DNA from: Moniliella sp. 'wahieum'
Lineage: Eukaryota
Assembly: GCA_003971905.1 (NCBI GenBank)
Contig: RSEE01000034.1
Coordinates: forward strand, 620,001 to 650,147
Length of the DNA: 30,147 nucleotides
Reading direction: 5' to 3'
Position numbers and translations under genes: made by a program. Numbering within the stretch: the first letter of the stretch is position 1; every line of letters begins with the position of its first letter. Below are positions 10,184-22,421 of this stretch, piece after piece. A model generated the notes under the pieces. The model saw only the letters and a list, made by a program, of their open reading frames with translations. It did no database searches and had not been told where the DNA came from.

Positions 10184-11463
10184 ATGGTCCTCCGCGGATC
10201 TAGCAAGCGGGCGGTACGTCCCCTTCCCCGGCGCACTTTGATGACCTCTGGTACTGAATCATTGCCTGCAGAGGATGTACAACTGTGGGCTACGATTCGC
10301 AACCAGTTGCGCCAAATCGACGATCTTCAGGACCTATCCTGCCCCTCCAGAAGGAATACGATCGGGCCCAAAACTCCACCCTTAAGTCCGAACGACCGTT
10401 GGGCGAGGTAAGGGGGGACCTTAATCCCCTTCTGGTGCGCGCCCGCGACCTTTCTGAAAACACGATGGAAAAGGTGGATATCCTTCAGGCTCTTCTCACA
10501 TCTACCACAGACGAGTTTGACTCGGGGCGAAAGCGAAGGAGGGTGGATGCAACCTCCCCTGTCCCGACCCTCTTGTCCAACTCAAGCCGTAAGGCCCCCC
10601 TGCTCTCCGCTGTCGCCGATAAGCCCGAGAAGAAGAAAGTATACCGCCGTGCTCCGGCAGGCAACAACGTGACCAGTGCGGGCACTTCTAACTTTCCCAG
10701 CAATACAGCCAATACTCTTTCTTCTCTGGTGGCTGGACCGATCCCGCCCGGGCGCGCCGGGAACAGCTCAGCTCCCAGTTGCCTCTCCACAAGGGCAGGA
10801 AAGTTGCTTTTCGCCAACCTCCCAGTAAGACTGGCACCCAGTCCCCCAGCGATGGCGAAACTTGGATCATGGCCACCGTGGTCGAATGCATCAGCGGCGA
10901 TCGCAATCGTTATGTCGTCAAAGATGCGGATCCAGATACTGAGTTCGTATCCCCCCCCTCCCTTACCGCCAACTCGCCCTACATGGCGTGTTGGTGTGTT
11001 CGCGTGGACAGCGGTTGGTACTGACATTGATATCAGGACCACGTACAATACCACACTCAAGGCCATTGTTCCCTTGCCTGAGTCATGCGAAACGCTTCCC
11101 CCGAAAGACTATGGCGTAGGCCACGACGTGTTGGCCGTCTATCCCGACACCTCCTGTTTCTACCGAGCGACTGTGCGCGGTGGGGGGCCTGGACTCAAAG
11201 GAACAGAAAAGGTACGTTCCTCAGCCGTGGTGGGGGATACGACCTCTTATTCCACTTCTTCCTCTCCTCTTTTCTTCCGTCCCAAAGACGAGAGGAAATG
11301 CATTTCGGTAGGGACCGAACTGACGTGATTGCTGTCTGGCTTTTAGACAAGCAAGCTTTCCCCCGACTTGCTTAACAGCTGCTACAGATTGGCGTTTGAG
11401 GACGACGAAGACGATATCAAAGCCGTTCCGGCATACTTGGTGGTGGAGCGGCCCAGGGTTTAA
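10184..11463 (+). CDS. SGF29: SAGA-associated factor 29 (tandem Tudor H3K4me reader), three introns, apparent frameshifts
   Basis: Motifs: QLPLHKGRKVAFRQPP, WIMATVVECI, RYVVKDAD, YNTTLKAIVPLP, VLAVYPDTSCFYRATV, RLAFEDDEDDIKAVPAYLVVERP. Introns at about 10214-10271/3, 10943-11036 and 11212-11346. Stop TAA 11461-11463. Confidence 0.88.
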
Positions 11464-11735
11464 CTTGGTGCCCGTGCCTCAACATCCTCATATCCGACTC
11501 GTGCGAAGTGCTTATTTTTCTCCACATAATGTGGGCCGGGGTTCCTGGAAGAATGCGACTGTCTATTATGGATACTGAGCAAACCCCCAGCTCGTAGAAG
11601 AGAATGGTGGGATAGAAGAGCCTTTTCGTATCCCATGATGGCATACCAACCAGGACCAAGTAATGATGTAGTGGACCACTGTCTGCCAAGTCGGCGATCC
11701 TCGCCGCTCCGGGCGCCCAGGGACAGCAAGACGCA

Positions 11736-12262
11736 TCAGACGGCAAACGACACGGACTTTCTTGGCTTGGGCTTGAGGGGAGTGGGAGCAGAGGCAGTTG
11801 AGCTGTCCCCTGGGACGGGAGAAGATGGCTTGACGTGCTTCGCCTTCTTGTTCTCTTTACGCTGTCGCTGCCTTTCCCGCTTCTTCTGCTTGATCTGTGC
11901 CTTGATGCGACCAAGTCCTGCGGGGTTAGGGGGTTAGCCGGCGTCTCTGGGGACGCTAAGGGAGAGCCGCAACATAAGAGTAGATACGGACGTTGTTGGG
12001 CTGATCCGGGTGGAGGGGGCATGCTTGGCCTTCTCTTCCTGCGCCTTGTGCTGGCGTGCCTGGGCGCGGTCGAGCAGCTGGCGCTGCTGCTCCCCCCTTT
12101 GGCCGGCGATCTGGGTGGAAAGGGCGAGGAGGTGGGCAAGGCCCTGCTCTTCGGAGAACTTCTTGTTCTTGGACACGCTGGCCGCCGAGCTCCTCTTCTT
12201 GCCCTTCTCTGGCTTGGGCGCGCCACCGGGGAGGCGTGTGCTCGGGGCTTGTTCTTGGCCAT
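11736..12262 (-). CDS. Small basic protein resembling Loc1 (60S assembly/export factor), one intron
   Basis: ATG 12262 gives MAKNKPR. After a shift the frame reads KNKKFSEEQGLAHLLALSTQIAGQ..LLDRAQAR. Intron 11991-11918 (GTCCGT..CTAAC..CAG). Then RLGRIKAQIKQKKRERQRQRKENKK and a terminal RKSVSFAV*. The Lys-rich layout and the C-terminal VSFA are recalled features of fungal Loc1-like proteins. Confidence 0.5.
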
Positions 12263-12628
12263 GGGGACGACGGGCAGGGGTGGGCGCAGAGGACAGAGGT
12301 GCTCATTTAAATTTCTGCCTGCCCAGCGGTAGCTGCCCAGCCTGGCTGACGTCAGCATGCGGGGTGCTGTTAGGACGAAGTTGCGCCAGGCCAGCTCGGG
12401 CCTCGACGAGGCAGGGGAGGGGAGGGTACAGAAACAAGTGTCCCACTCCCCCTCGCACGCGGATGCCAGCAACGACACGCTCGGCGAACGAAACTTTCGG
12501 CCGGGCCTCTTCTCCACTCGTTCGCTCACCACCCTTGTCTCCCCCCGGCCACGGCCGCAGTCTCGACCGCAGCAACAGCCAACCTTCGCCCTTTTGGCGG
12601 AGCGCAAACTGCTGCATCGAGTACCATC

Positions 12629-12811
12629 ATGGATCGGCGAGTGCTGGACCCGGCCGTACCCACACATAGCGTCCTGCCCGATCAGCTCGTTCCCTTTCTG
12701 ACCCACTTTGCCCCACCCCCCCGCACCCACCCAACCTCGACCGACAAAATGTACAAGTATCTCAAGGACGGAATCGCGCATCGAAACCGCCTCGCCGCGA
12801 CAGCGAAGTAA
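12629..12811 (+). CDS. 60-aa hypothetical protein
   Basis: ATG in an ATCATGG context; compact ORF MDRRVLDPAVPTHSVLPDQLVPFLTHF..DKMYKYLKDGIAHRNRLAATAK ending with tandem stops TAA TGA. It fills the gap between the Loc1-like gene and the convergent Zn2Cys6 gene. Confidence 0.4.
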   Translation: MDRRVLDPAVPTHSVLPDQLVPFLTHFAPPPRTHPTSTDKMYKYLKDGIAHRNRLAATAK

Positions 12812-12887
12812 TGAGCTTGTTGGATCTGCTGCATAGAATTCGCACGACAGGATACACGAGACACAACAGGACAGGAGGCAGGCGCAA

Positions 12888-15234
12888 CTAGGAGACGACC
12901 ATTGTCTCAGCTTTTGGCACGGCTTGAGCAATGGCCTGTAGCAAGCGGCCTGCATCGGCCAGGGGAGGGGGTAGCGGGGGACAGCTAGACACTTGGTCCG
13001 TCGTAGGCGGGAAGAGACTCAGGATCCAGCGACTGGTATGCACGTACTCTCGCGCCCGGTCGCGGATCATGAGACGCACATCGTAGGCATCAAACGTGCC
13101 TGCTAGCGGCATGTCCGACGCCGGAGGAGAAAGGTGCTCTTGCCCCACTGGATCAGTTGCTGGATCAACTCGGCGATCTCAAGCGCTTGGGCTGGGCCCC
13201 TGCGCGGGGGGGCGGGGACCGCAGTACGCTCGGACCATCATCGGCCGCGGCACCGTGGCTGGGCGGACCCAAGGATTCGACGGGCTGACTTGGCGGGGCA
13301 GGCGGGCCGAAGCGAGGATCGGCCTGGTCACCTCGAGGTGGCAGAGGCGGTGTGGCCGGCATGGATGCCGCGTCCGAGATGGTTGCCCATCGTGCGGCTA
13401 TCATATCTTCGCCTTGGGCCGGCTGGCGGCCCGAGAGAAGGGCAATAATCAGTTCGGTAAGGCGAACAAGATGGGCGCGAGCGAGGAAATGGGCAATCCG
13501 CCACCGCGAAGCGACGCCCCCACATCCATACTCACGTGCCTCGCCCGGCAGCGCGGTAAGGGGACCCCAGAGCGAAACCAAACGGTCCAAGATGGGCACA
13601 AAGGGGTTGTACATGTGCGTGCCTTACTCACCGATGGTGGTTCACCTCGTGCGGCGGCCGCCCACACTGCGTTGAGTTGGATGCTGCGCTGCGCCCACAT
13701 ACGGTGCGTTATGGTGCGCTTATACAGTTCCTGGGCCACCTTGTTCCCCGCCAACACGTTGGTCAGCGTCCGATGCAGTTCGGGATCTAGGAAGAGAGCA
13801 GCCGTGCTCAAGGAGCGACAACGAGGATTGGTAATGGTGATCATTTTGGCCATGTTGATCGCCACTAAGGCCTCAACCGAACGCTCGGCACCTGTCAGGC
13901 ACAGACCCTGCCGTGTTGACACAACGCCCAGGCCAGCTTGAACCCATCCACCGCCAAGGCCCAGGGGCTGGCGCCAATCTCGACATTGCTAACGGGTAAG
14001 TGGAGACGGACTTTGTCCTCGTGGCGTGCGGCATACGCCAAGTTAAAGAGAAAGGAGGCTTGGACGTAGCGTTGGCGGGTGGCCAACCGCTCGTCGACAA
14101 GGGCAGCGAGCGGGCGCGAGGCAAATGCATATTCCGACGCAATATCCGGTCCATACAAGGTCAGGTAGGCTTCCTGTTCAAAAAAGCTGCTCTCCAGCAA
14201 GAGCGGTACCGCCGGACACGACAACAATGCCGCCGCCCGAGTCCGCAGCACATCATAATCCGACTCTTGGAATCTCCCGGCGGGCCAGAGAGGCGCCGGA
14301 CCGTCCCGCTGCGCTTCACGCTCTGCACCGGCAAGAAAGGGAGACATGATCTGCCCTCCGGGGCCTTCGGTTTGCCACTCCCGCGCAAGCACATCTTGGT
14401 ACGTCGGAGCAAAGTGTTCCGCATGGGCAAGAACGAGGTACCTGGATGGATGCGCCGGTTAGTTGTCGCTTACGCGCCGCTAGCGTGGCCGACACCACAG
14501 AAAGGTCAACGTACCCAGAAGCATGGACGTAGAGAATGCCATGTTGGCCGGGGGAATGGGCCGCTCTACATAGAGCGGCATAGGGCGGGTGATGAGGTCG
14601 TCCCCAAACCGAAAGTAGCGCAGGCTACTGTCGTGAGCAAACTCGGGCGGAAGAGGAGTGGAGTGGCATGGATGACCGTGGCGGAGATGGAGCGACCAAG
14701 GGAGGCGGATTCTAAAGGATCGAGGAGGAGGGGCTCGATGCGCGGATCCGACAGCGCGGCCTGGACAGATGACGGTGCAGCAAACGGCGGGGGTAATGCG
14801 GGCGCGCTCGCGCGCGAAGCAGAAGGGACGATTACAGAGGGGCAGGAGAAGAAGCTGGGACAGGAGCTGGGGCAGGACCAGGCGGCGAAGTAGAGGGGGC
14901 GCGGAGGACGCTGAGGAGGAGGCCGGGGCGGAGGGGTCGTGAGAACGTTGGCGGCGGCGTTCGCGTTTGGAGCGGAGCGCGTCGCGGAAGGTGTGGTACT
15001 TGAGGCCGGAGGCGGCAAAGCTAAGACGTTCGGCGTGGCTCATACGGCCACACTTCATGAGCTTGTCGTTAAAGGTGCAGGTGCGGCCGGCTTTGGTGCA
15101 GCGCGCACACGGCTGGTTCTTGGTGCAGCTGGCGTGGAGCTTGCGGCACTGGTCGCAGTTGGGGCGCGCGCCCTCGGCGGGGGCTTGCGCCCGCGCAGCT
15201 CGATCTTCAGGCTGCGCTCCGCCGCGTCCGACAT
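12888..15234 (-). CDS. Zn(II)2Cys6 transcription factor, at least one intron, several apparent frameshifts
   Basis: CDQCRKLHASCTKNQPCARCTKAGRTC at 15157-15077 is an exact C-x2-C-x6-C-x5-C-x2-C-x6-C. Probable ATG 15234 (MSDAAERSLKIELRGRK). Intron 14514-14442 (GTACGT..CTAAC..CAG). Overlapping minus ORFs 13895-14392, 13449-13922, 13165-13614 and 12888-13148 tile into a helical C-terminal region. The domain call is secure; the 3' extent is inferred. Confidence 0.75.
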
Positions 15235-15587
15235 GGGGCCGGGGCGCAGGCGGGGAGGGGCTGGCAGGTGGGGGCAGGAACCCGGCGCCGGAGCACTCGG
15301 CCCACTCGGACAAAATCCGGCGGGGAGGCGGGGGCTGGGCACGTGCAATTACATCAGCGCCATGTACTTTACGCTGTGGAGTGACTGTGTCTAGTGACTA
15401 GCTGGTGACTGTGCTGGTGTCGGTGCGGCTGATCGGATGATGGTTGGAGACAATACTGCTGTTGGTCGCGAACACTACAAGCGAGCGGCGCCCATCCGAC
15501 CGTCCTACGCTTCGGAGAGACTCGCTGTTGCTTGCTGGCGAAGAGAACCGCTCGCTAGTGTGCTTTCGCCACCACTATCACCTCCAC

Positions 15588-17682
15588 ATGTCCTCCTTCG
15601 CCACCCGCCAAGCCCAGCGCGAGCAGGGGCGCAAGCTCCAGCTCCAGAAGCACCAGCTGGACCTCGAGTCTCTGGCCCTGGACCGCAGGGAAAACACCCT
15701 CAAGCGACGCGAGATGGAGCTCGCTCGGCGTGAGCTGTTAGTGGCTCGGCGCGAGCTGTTAGTGGCTCGCCGCGAGGAAGCTCTGGATGGTCTCAAGCAT
15801 TCTGTCCAGACCACCTACCGTGAGATGTCTGCCTCCTATCAGGGCATGGTACAAGCTTACGGCCAATGGCTGCGCGCCTCCTCAGGCATCAGTCTCCTCG
15901 AAGATACCGGCCACTCTGACTGCTCTGATGTCCCCAATCCCCAAATGAGTTCCTCGGCGCTCCAGAGCAATACCACACCTGACTTTTCTTTTGTTCCTAC
16001 CCGAGGCACGATGGACTTTCTGGGGATGGGGAATACACAAGATAAACTGGAAGAGATCGCCAAGCCGAGCCTCAAATCGTCTGATGCAGCATTGAGTGCA
16101 CCTATCGGTCCCCACCTTTCCATGGTCAACCATCCCTCCAGAGGCATAACATGCAACAGCCAGCCCAACCTTCCCTTACCTTGTCCTCAAGGGCCGCCTG
16201 CGTCTTCCCGAACCCCAAGCAAAAAGATAGGAGCCACGAGACGTCTCCCGGATCTTCAACCTGCACGCCAGATTAATCAAGATGACACCTTTCCCAAAGA
16301 GAAGAGAGAAACATCACGAATGCTATACCCAATCCAGTGGTGACTCTTCCACTTCAGAACTTGACGGAAACTTTTACGAACACGCCAAATGTTCTGATGC
16401 CCGACAACAGAGCGCAGCCGCCATGTGGGAACGAACTTCTGAAGGTCCCAATAGAAACCAGCGACAATCCGCTAATGGGGAATGCAGATGACCTTGAGAC
16501 TGAATCTTCCCTTGGGTTGATGCCTTCCGAGAGGGCTGAAATGTTGGAGACTCTTCATACTACGACGGTGATCTCCAAAGAGCCGAGAGAAGCACTGGCA
16601 CGCGGCGTTCCTGATATCACTCTTCCTGATTCAAATGAAGATCCGGGTACCAACGAAACAGCTACAGTCCCCCCTGGCCCTGTGCCTCTCCTTAAGACTG
16701 GAAACGCCGCCACGACATCAGCATTTGCCATGGGCTCACAAAAAGTTATTCTGCCAACAGGACCGAACGATGGAACTTTGCCGTCATTATCAAGCAAGCC
16801 CGGTAATAAACTCTGTTCGCCCAAGGGTGCTTGCAAGGGTGTAAAGGTGGATTGCCGTTTCAACGCGCCGATGTACAATGCTTCCAATTCCATCCGTGAT
16901 CTGGATAATAAAACCAGTTTGCCACCTCTTCGGAATGACCAGAAAGCCGAAGGGATAATTCTTCCTTCCTCCAAGCGCCCCGCTTTCCATGTTCTCCACT
17001 TAAAGGATGTGAATATCTCCACCGACAAGATCATCAGTCAACAGCAACCGCCTTCCCGTTCCTTCCAACATCCCCATGCCCCCCGGCCGTGTTTTGGCAA
17101 TAAACACCCACTGCTTCCTGATCAAGTGGCGGGTAGCACTGCCAATGCATCAGGAGCACAAATCTCCCCAAGAAGAGAAAGGGTCCGAACGTCGCCACTG
17201 ATATCCCCATCAATCCATCGGTCACACCAACGAAGACTAGCAATAAGGGAACTGCTCTTCAAGCGGCTCCTGACCCTTCGTGCTCAGCCTCCCAGGCTAT
17301 GTCATCCAAAGCGACTCCCCTTGTTACAAGTGCAAGCACGAATTCTGAAAGTAAAAACCAAGTCGATGCATCTACATCCGGAAAGCCATTGAACTCTCTC
17401 ACGCATAGTTCGAGCTCAGCCATGGTCCCAACATTGCGTCTTCATCCCCGAAGCACCCCCCTATCACAACTCGCACATTTCTGGATGCCACGATTGACCC
17501 AGACACTACCATCACTCCGTCAAACGCGAGTCTTCAGTTCCGGCACCAGAGTCCTGTTGTTGGGGCTCATTTTAACGTACTCAACAAAGGCAAACAAGAT
17601 GAGACCAGTGACTGAAGGTAAGGAGCTTGCACATGACGGGACAGAGTGCTCAATGCACTGCCATGCCCAGCGAGCAGTGTGA
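15588..17682 (+). CDS. Hypothetical protein: N-terminal coiled coil, then a long Ser/Pro/Thr-rich low-complexity region (frameshifted)
   Basis: ATG 15588 gives MSSFATRQAQREQGRKLQLQKHQLDLESLALDRRENTLKRREMELARRELLVARRELLVARREEAL. Plus ORFs 15444-16343, 16337-17392 and 17299-17682 overlap end to end. No recognisable domain; the 3' end is uncertain. Confidence 0.5.
15723..15776 (+). repeat. 21-bp coding tandem repeat (ARRELLV heptad)
   Basis: GCTCGGCGTGAGCTGTTAGTG GCTCGGCGCGAGCTGTTAGTG GCTCGCCGCGAG. Confidence 0.9.
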
Positions 17683-18804
17683 CCTGGCGGGTAACAATGA
17701 AGGTGCAACAGGATACCACTGAGGATGACTACTATCGTGTGTTTCCTGCCTCCGCGGCAAGAATATGAACAAGGGCCCAATGATGTGTGGGTACTTACAC
17801 GGTGGTGTGGTACTTTTCGATTCTGTAGTGTGTTCGAGACTGTCAACATCCCGTTTTTGATCCAGCGAATGCGGTAACACTTTTGACTTGACTCGTAGAG
17901 CTTGTGTCCAACCTCGGGGAGGGCACCTATCCTTGCTAGCTAGGTTGCCTACCGTAGAGCCATGAGATACACAACTGTGGACTAGCTCATATTGCGCGCC
18001 TTCAGTTATCCCCCCTCTGACGGTGGACCGAGCGGAAGGGCGGGGAGTGATGCACACCCCCACTTCGGGTGCCCGATCCAAGTCACTAAAATGAACTGGT
18101 CCCGATATCGCGAGAGGGGAAGTTCTCTGCTATAGTTGTACCGCCGTGAGCGCTTCGAGAGTCTCCTGTGCGCCTCAACTCCCCCCCACCTGATTCTCTT
18201 GGGGGCGAGGGGAAGGAAGACAGAGCTTATCGACCTTGGCGTATACTTGACTCATATTCCGACAGGGAAAATACGATGATGTGGGTGCGGAGCCCTCTGT
18301 CAGAGTACCGGGATGCTGGTACGGCCATATGTGGCAGGTGGCTCAAGGGGCCCGCGGCAGGGGACTATATATAAAAGGGAACAGCGGAAGGGAAACGGGT
18401 TTGTTTCGTTGCGGGATACACGCTTAAATAGATTGTCTGAATGGGGCTCTCATGGCCTGGATGCTTTCACCCGGGTGGCACGAGAAGTGCAGGATAGGCT
18501 ACATGTTGTGTGGAAAGGGCAGGAGGAGATACAAGTGGCGCCACTAGCCACCACCAAGATGTTGATAGAGACGCTAGATGCTCGCTGCGGAAAGACGCAT
18601 GAGGAACTTAGGCGGTGTTTGAGGGATACAAGGATGACAGCTGGTAAAATGAACGGAACACGGAGCGAAGGGAGATGGGCTTAGGGAAGACATTACACGA
18701 CACCCTATCCGCGGAGAGGATTGTCAGAGAGGGAAAAGCATCGCCACATCCCCCCCAAGAACGAAGAGATTCCAACGCTGAGCTCGCTCGCCGTGGTCAA
18801 AACT

Positions 18805-21800
18805 TCACACCCGGTCGCCCGGCCGATCTTCCACCTGCTGGGCAGCAACCAGGATCTGCTCGAACAAGCCCGTGGAGGGCCGCATGCTCCACGCTTGGCC
18901 CGTCGTGCCTGCTGGCGATTCGGTCCGGGGTTGGGACAGCTCTGAGAGACCCCAGACCGCCGCTGCGGCCCGGTCCCAGGGGTTGCCCACATTCTCATTC
19001 TCGTTCGCCGCCGCCGGCGGGGCACGGGCAGCCTCCATGAGCATCAGCGCTGCCTCGGCGGCAGAGCGGGTTCGCTGGTGCGCTCTTTCTTCCGTTGGGC
19101 CCGAGGCGTTGGCCACACGGGGCTTCTTCGGCTGCGTTGGCCTCCCCGGTGCATCGGAGGTGCCCGAGACACGCGGTCGGGGCCCCGGCTTGCTCATCTT
19201 TGATTTGGGTGACGCTGGCGCCTCCTCCTCTCTCCTCTTCCTCCTCTTCGCCCGATTCTGACGAGCCCTCCTCTCCTTCTTCCGCGTGGTCAGGCGGGAG
19301 GGCGGCGGTGGGGGACAAGCCCATCTGTCGTAAACTCTCACTGTGCATGTGAACGTGTCGGGTGAGTGTGGTACGGCGGGTAAACTTTTTCTTGCAACCG
19401 GGAAAGACACAGCAGTGCGGCCGTTTGCCCGAATGGGTCCTTCGATGCCGCGCAAGCGAAGACGAGTCGCCAAAACTTTTCCCGCACCCAGGCACCAGAC
19501 ACTTGTGCGGTCGCTCGCCTGTGTGGACACGCTTGTGAACCGTCAAGGCCGAGCGCTGGATAAAGGCCTTGTTGCATCCCGCATAGTCGCACACAAATGG
19601 CCGCTCGTTCGAGTGGATACGCAAGTGTCGCGCCAGGTCTGAGCGGCGCGAAAACTGTTTTTGACATTGCGGACACGTATGCACGCGGTCAGGATGCCCC
19701 GTGGGCGCGACGAGCACCGTCCGGTCCGGGGAACGCTTGGCGTCTTCCTTCCCGGGACTGGGCAGGGAAACGGGATGGGTGGGAGAGCCATTGCCCGAGC
19801 CTGACGACTCTTGGGCCAGAGAGACCTCGTGGGACTCTGCCTTGATTCCGGACGGCAAAGGGGCCGAATGCACGACCTGATGCTCCACCAGGTCTTTGCG
19901 ACGAGCAAAAGATTGAGCACACGAGGTACAGGGGAACCCCTTTAGCACGTTGCCCCGCGCCTTGCTTGGCTCCGCTTCCTGATCTTCGTGGCTCCCGGGT
20001 GGGGAGGACGCACCCGAGGCCCGCTCCGTTCCCGAATTCGACCGCGGCCGCTTCCGCGAAGTCGAGCTGCCGTGCCGCGCCCCACTCGCCTGCCCCGTCC
20101 CGGCACCGTCGTACAGGCCCGGCACAGGGAACCCATATCCATATTCGGGCATTTTTGGCGGACCATATAGTGGTCGCGGTTGCTGGTCCGGCGGTACCAG
20201 GCGGCGGTGGGCGATGCAGGCGACCCAGCTGCTTGGCCCGGAGGGAGGGAAGGTCCATACACTGGTGCAACCCCGCCCTCCCACCCCAGCGAGGAAAGCG
20301 AGACGGGCGGTCCGGCAGGTTTTTGCGCCGGGGGTAGAAGGGGTAGGCGGGGAGAAAGGGCATGCCAGTCGGTGGGAAAGATGCGGCGGGTGGCATACCA
20401 CTGGTCGACCCAGCCGACTGAGCATTGGTGGGCCCGGGCCCACCAGGGACTGGTGCAGGCGCGGTGCCTGCGGTGCCCGACAATACTGGTCCGGGCGGCG
20501 GAAGCGAAATGGAGGCGCCCGGCGCGGCGGACTGAGCCTCGGCGGGGCCGGCAGAGTCGAGCACAAGCGGAGGGTGGATAGCAGGCCAGGTGGGCGCCTC
20601 GACACCAACACGATACGACTGCGCTGGGGAGATGGAAGGAGTAGAGTCCCCTCCGTTGGGGGTAGTTCCGATTCGAGGGAAGGGCCATAAAACAGGGGCT
20701 GGATCCCGAGCGGTTCTATAGTGGACTCGGTCGCCCCTTGAGCTTTTTGCTGCTGCGCTCGCTGCTCTGCGCTGGCCGCCATGAGGATCGAAATGGCATC
20801 ACTGGCATTCACCGAGGAGCGGTAGCGGTGGTGCTTTCCCGCTTTGCCGCTCGAGGTGTCGACCGGTATCGGGGGTGCGGTAGTAGGGCTGGTTTCGGCA
20901 GGGCTCAGAGGTGGGAAGGACCTGTCTGCCTCCTCGGCTTTGAGAGAGGACAACCCCGGTCCCAGCCCACTTGATAATGGATCGTGGGCAGTGGAGTTCG
21001 CCGCATCTGCCTCCTCGTCGGCCGGGCGGGGGGTGGAGGGGAATGAGCGGAAGGCGGTGGCGGCAAAGTCATCCAGGCGGGAAGGCGAGTTGGGAATCTC
21101 ATCGTGGAAAAGGGCCTGGGAAAAGTACGGGATGGCTACCGGCAACAGCAAGGTTGTTAGTACAGCAGAGGTAGTGCCGGTGGGCATGGGGTGGACATAC
21201 TGTCTCCACCAGTGTCTTCAGTGGGACGGTCTTCATTGCGGGCGTCCCGATCGGGGTCCTGGGGCTGCTCCTGATCCGACTTGGGCGACTCGGCTACCTG
21301 GACAGTGGCTTGCCTTGATGCGTCCTGCTCTGTCTCGGTTGCGTCGCCGCTGGCACTGCTCACCGTCCCGCTGGGCGTGCCCGCTGCCGAGTCGGCGGTG
21401 GTCGGGGGCTCGCGCGCCAGCGCACTGGATCGGCGGGGGGAAGGCATGCCACAGCCTGAGAGGGCGCTGGCGTAGAGCGAGGCCGCGTTGAGGCCGGCAC
21501 TGGCGGGGCTGAAGGGGCTGCGGCTGCGTGCTCGCGGGGAGAAGGCGGTGGGGGTGCGGCTGCCCGGGCGGGCGGGGCTGCGGCTGCCGGGGCGGGCGGG
21601 GCTGCGGCTGCGGGGATGGGAGGCGGCGGCGGCGAGGGCGGGGCTGAGGAGGGAGGAGGCGGAGAGGGAGGCGACGAGTGCGGGGCGTGGGGCGGGAGGG
21701 ACGGGGAGGAGGCGGGGGAGGCGGCGGGAGAGGAGGCCGGAGGCAGGGCTCATCTGGTAGATGTGGCGGGGGGACATGGCGCGCATGGTGGCAGCCTTGG

Positions 21801-21932
21801 GGCTGCTGCGCCGACGCACTGCGGGCGGGGGGGGGGGTGGGGCGGTCGTCGGCGGCGTCTGGGGGCATGGGGGGGCGGGCACGGAGGCGGTGGGGTCGGG
21901 GGCGACGGGCGCGGGGGCGACGGGTGGGCCAT
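18805..21932 (-). CDS. C2H2 zinc-finger transcription factor (1 isolated + 4 tandem fingers), one intron
   Basis: Fingers: [58 protein letters not shown] linker; [46 protein letters not shown]. Phase-1 intron 21200-21136 (GTATGT..CTAAC..TAG) joins ORF 21157-21948 to 18995-21187 in frame. The C-terminus probably continues in ORF 18805-19530. The start codon is uncertain (about 21932-21786). Confidence 0.88.
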
Positions 21933-22421
21933 GGGGATGGCTTTGCAAGACGGAGAATGGTCGAGGGGAGGTGGCTGGGGTGACACGTGACGGGGTGGTT
22001 AATGGGCTGGCGGTGGGGCGGCCGCAAGGGGGGGGGCTGCACGTTGGGTGAGCTCAGCGCTGGGCCTCAGCGCTCAGGCTGAGCCCTGCTGCACGTCTGC
22101 CCCCTGCAGCCAGAAGGCATAACCCTAATGCATCACCCATCATCGATCATCCATCCTCCACGCGGCACATGCAACTTTCAACATCCAGCATTCCCTGCCA
22201 GCCACACGTGCCATGCAAGCGCCCCAGTAGCAGACAACAGGACAGCCTACAGCAACAAACGCCTCCATCCCGACTCGAATCCAAGATCCACTCCTGCAAC
22301 ACAACCTCATCACTTCATCCAACCACCCAGATCGTCCGCTCCATCCATCCAATCAAATGAAGAACACTGGAAGGTATCCCTTATTCATTCACCGCATCCG
22401 CACCCTACTGCGACCAACATC

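Noticed and set aside
11921..11938. GGGGTTAGGGGGTTAG, a telomere-like interstitial sequence
   Set aside because: On the minus strand this is two CTAAC branch-point motifs of the Loc1-like intron just before the CAG acceptor.
11417..12955. 512-aa minus-strand ORF
   Set aside because: Low-complexity Arg/Pro/Ser/Cys text that runs through the Loc1-like gene off-frame, its intron and the SGF29 3' end. It is a GC-rich shadow ORF.
13096..14893. Long plus-strand ORFs 13096-13941 and 14000-14893
   Set aside because: They are antisense to the Zn2Cys6 gene, with no motifs and the composition typical of shadow frames.
17700..18700. Orphan TATATATAAAA (18366-18376) and ORFs 17650-18081 and 18313-18684
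   Set aside because: No credible downstream coding sequence or LTR partner. It may simply be 3' flanking sequence of the convergent genes.
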